Below the pieces are notes generated by a model. That model saw nothing but the letters and a program-made list of their open reading frames with translations. It searched no databases and had not been told where the DNA came from. Made by a program: the position numbers and the translations under genes. Positions 63,986 through 64,000 of a stretch of 64,000 nucleotides of DNA are shown here, piece after piece. Each line of letters starts with the position of its first letter. Positions within the stretch are counted from its first letter, which is position 1. The DNA comes from Escherichia phage alia. The stretch is from the sequence record NC_052655.1. One strand, 5' to 3'.

Positions 63986-64000
63986 TGGTGTGTCTCCTTA

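Overview
The window reads as a densely packed, AT-rich segment of a large virulent-type phage of a Gram-negative (enterobacterial-type) host, judged from sigma70 -35/-10 boxes, Shine-Dalgarno spacing and E. coli-like Fur-box matches. It has three transcription blocks: (1) 259-8036, minus-strand genes led by a UvrD-like helicase; (2) 8096-36954, plus-strand genes; (3) 37017-63985, minus-strand genes converging on block 2 at a shared terminator near 36921-36954. Block 2 contains an operon ending in an AAA+ ATPase, a zinc-ribbon/GIY-YIG-like protein coupled to a NADAR (YbiA-like) protein, about 30 small early genes each with its own promoter and conserved 5-prime GC hairpin, and a tightly coupled small-gene block with internal paralog families. 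Block 3 is a nucleotide-metabolism and DNA-modification module: FEN-like and DEDD exonucleases, HNH endonuclease, thymidine kinase, ThyX-like synthase, NrdA/NrdB, a dTDP-sugar rmlBACD cluster, glutaredoxin, T4-type lysozyme, PhoH, an HslV-like peptidase, two DNA methyltransferases, a serine recombinase, a PPP-family phosphatase and a Sir2-like protein. Two non-coding regions stand out: 12770-14100 (tandem 70-bp repeats, Fur-box-like palindromes, a GC-rich island) and 24165-25935 (about 1.8 kb repeat-rich, with more Fur-box-like sites). No tRNA, rRNA or CRISPR array was identified. All domain calls are from reading motifs in the translations; no database search was run. Most coordinates follow the supplied ORF track with start codons adjusted where an internal Met has a better RBS; hand-derived coordinates for small ORFs and sites may be off by 1-2 nt.
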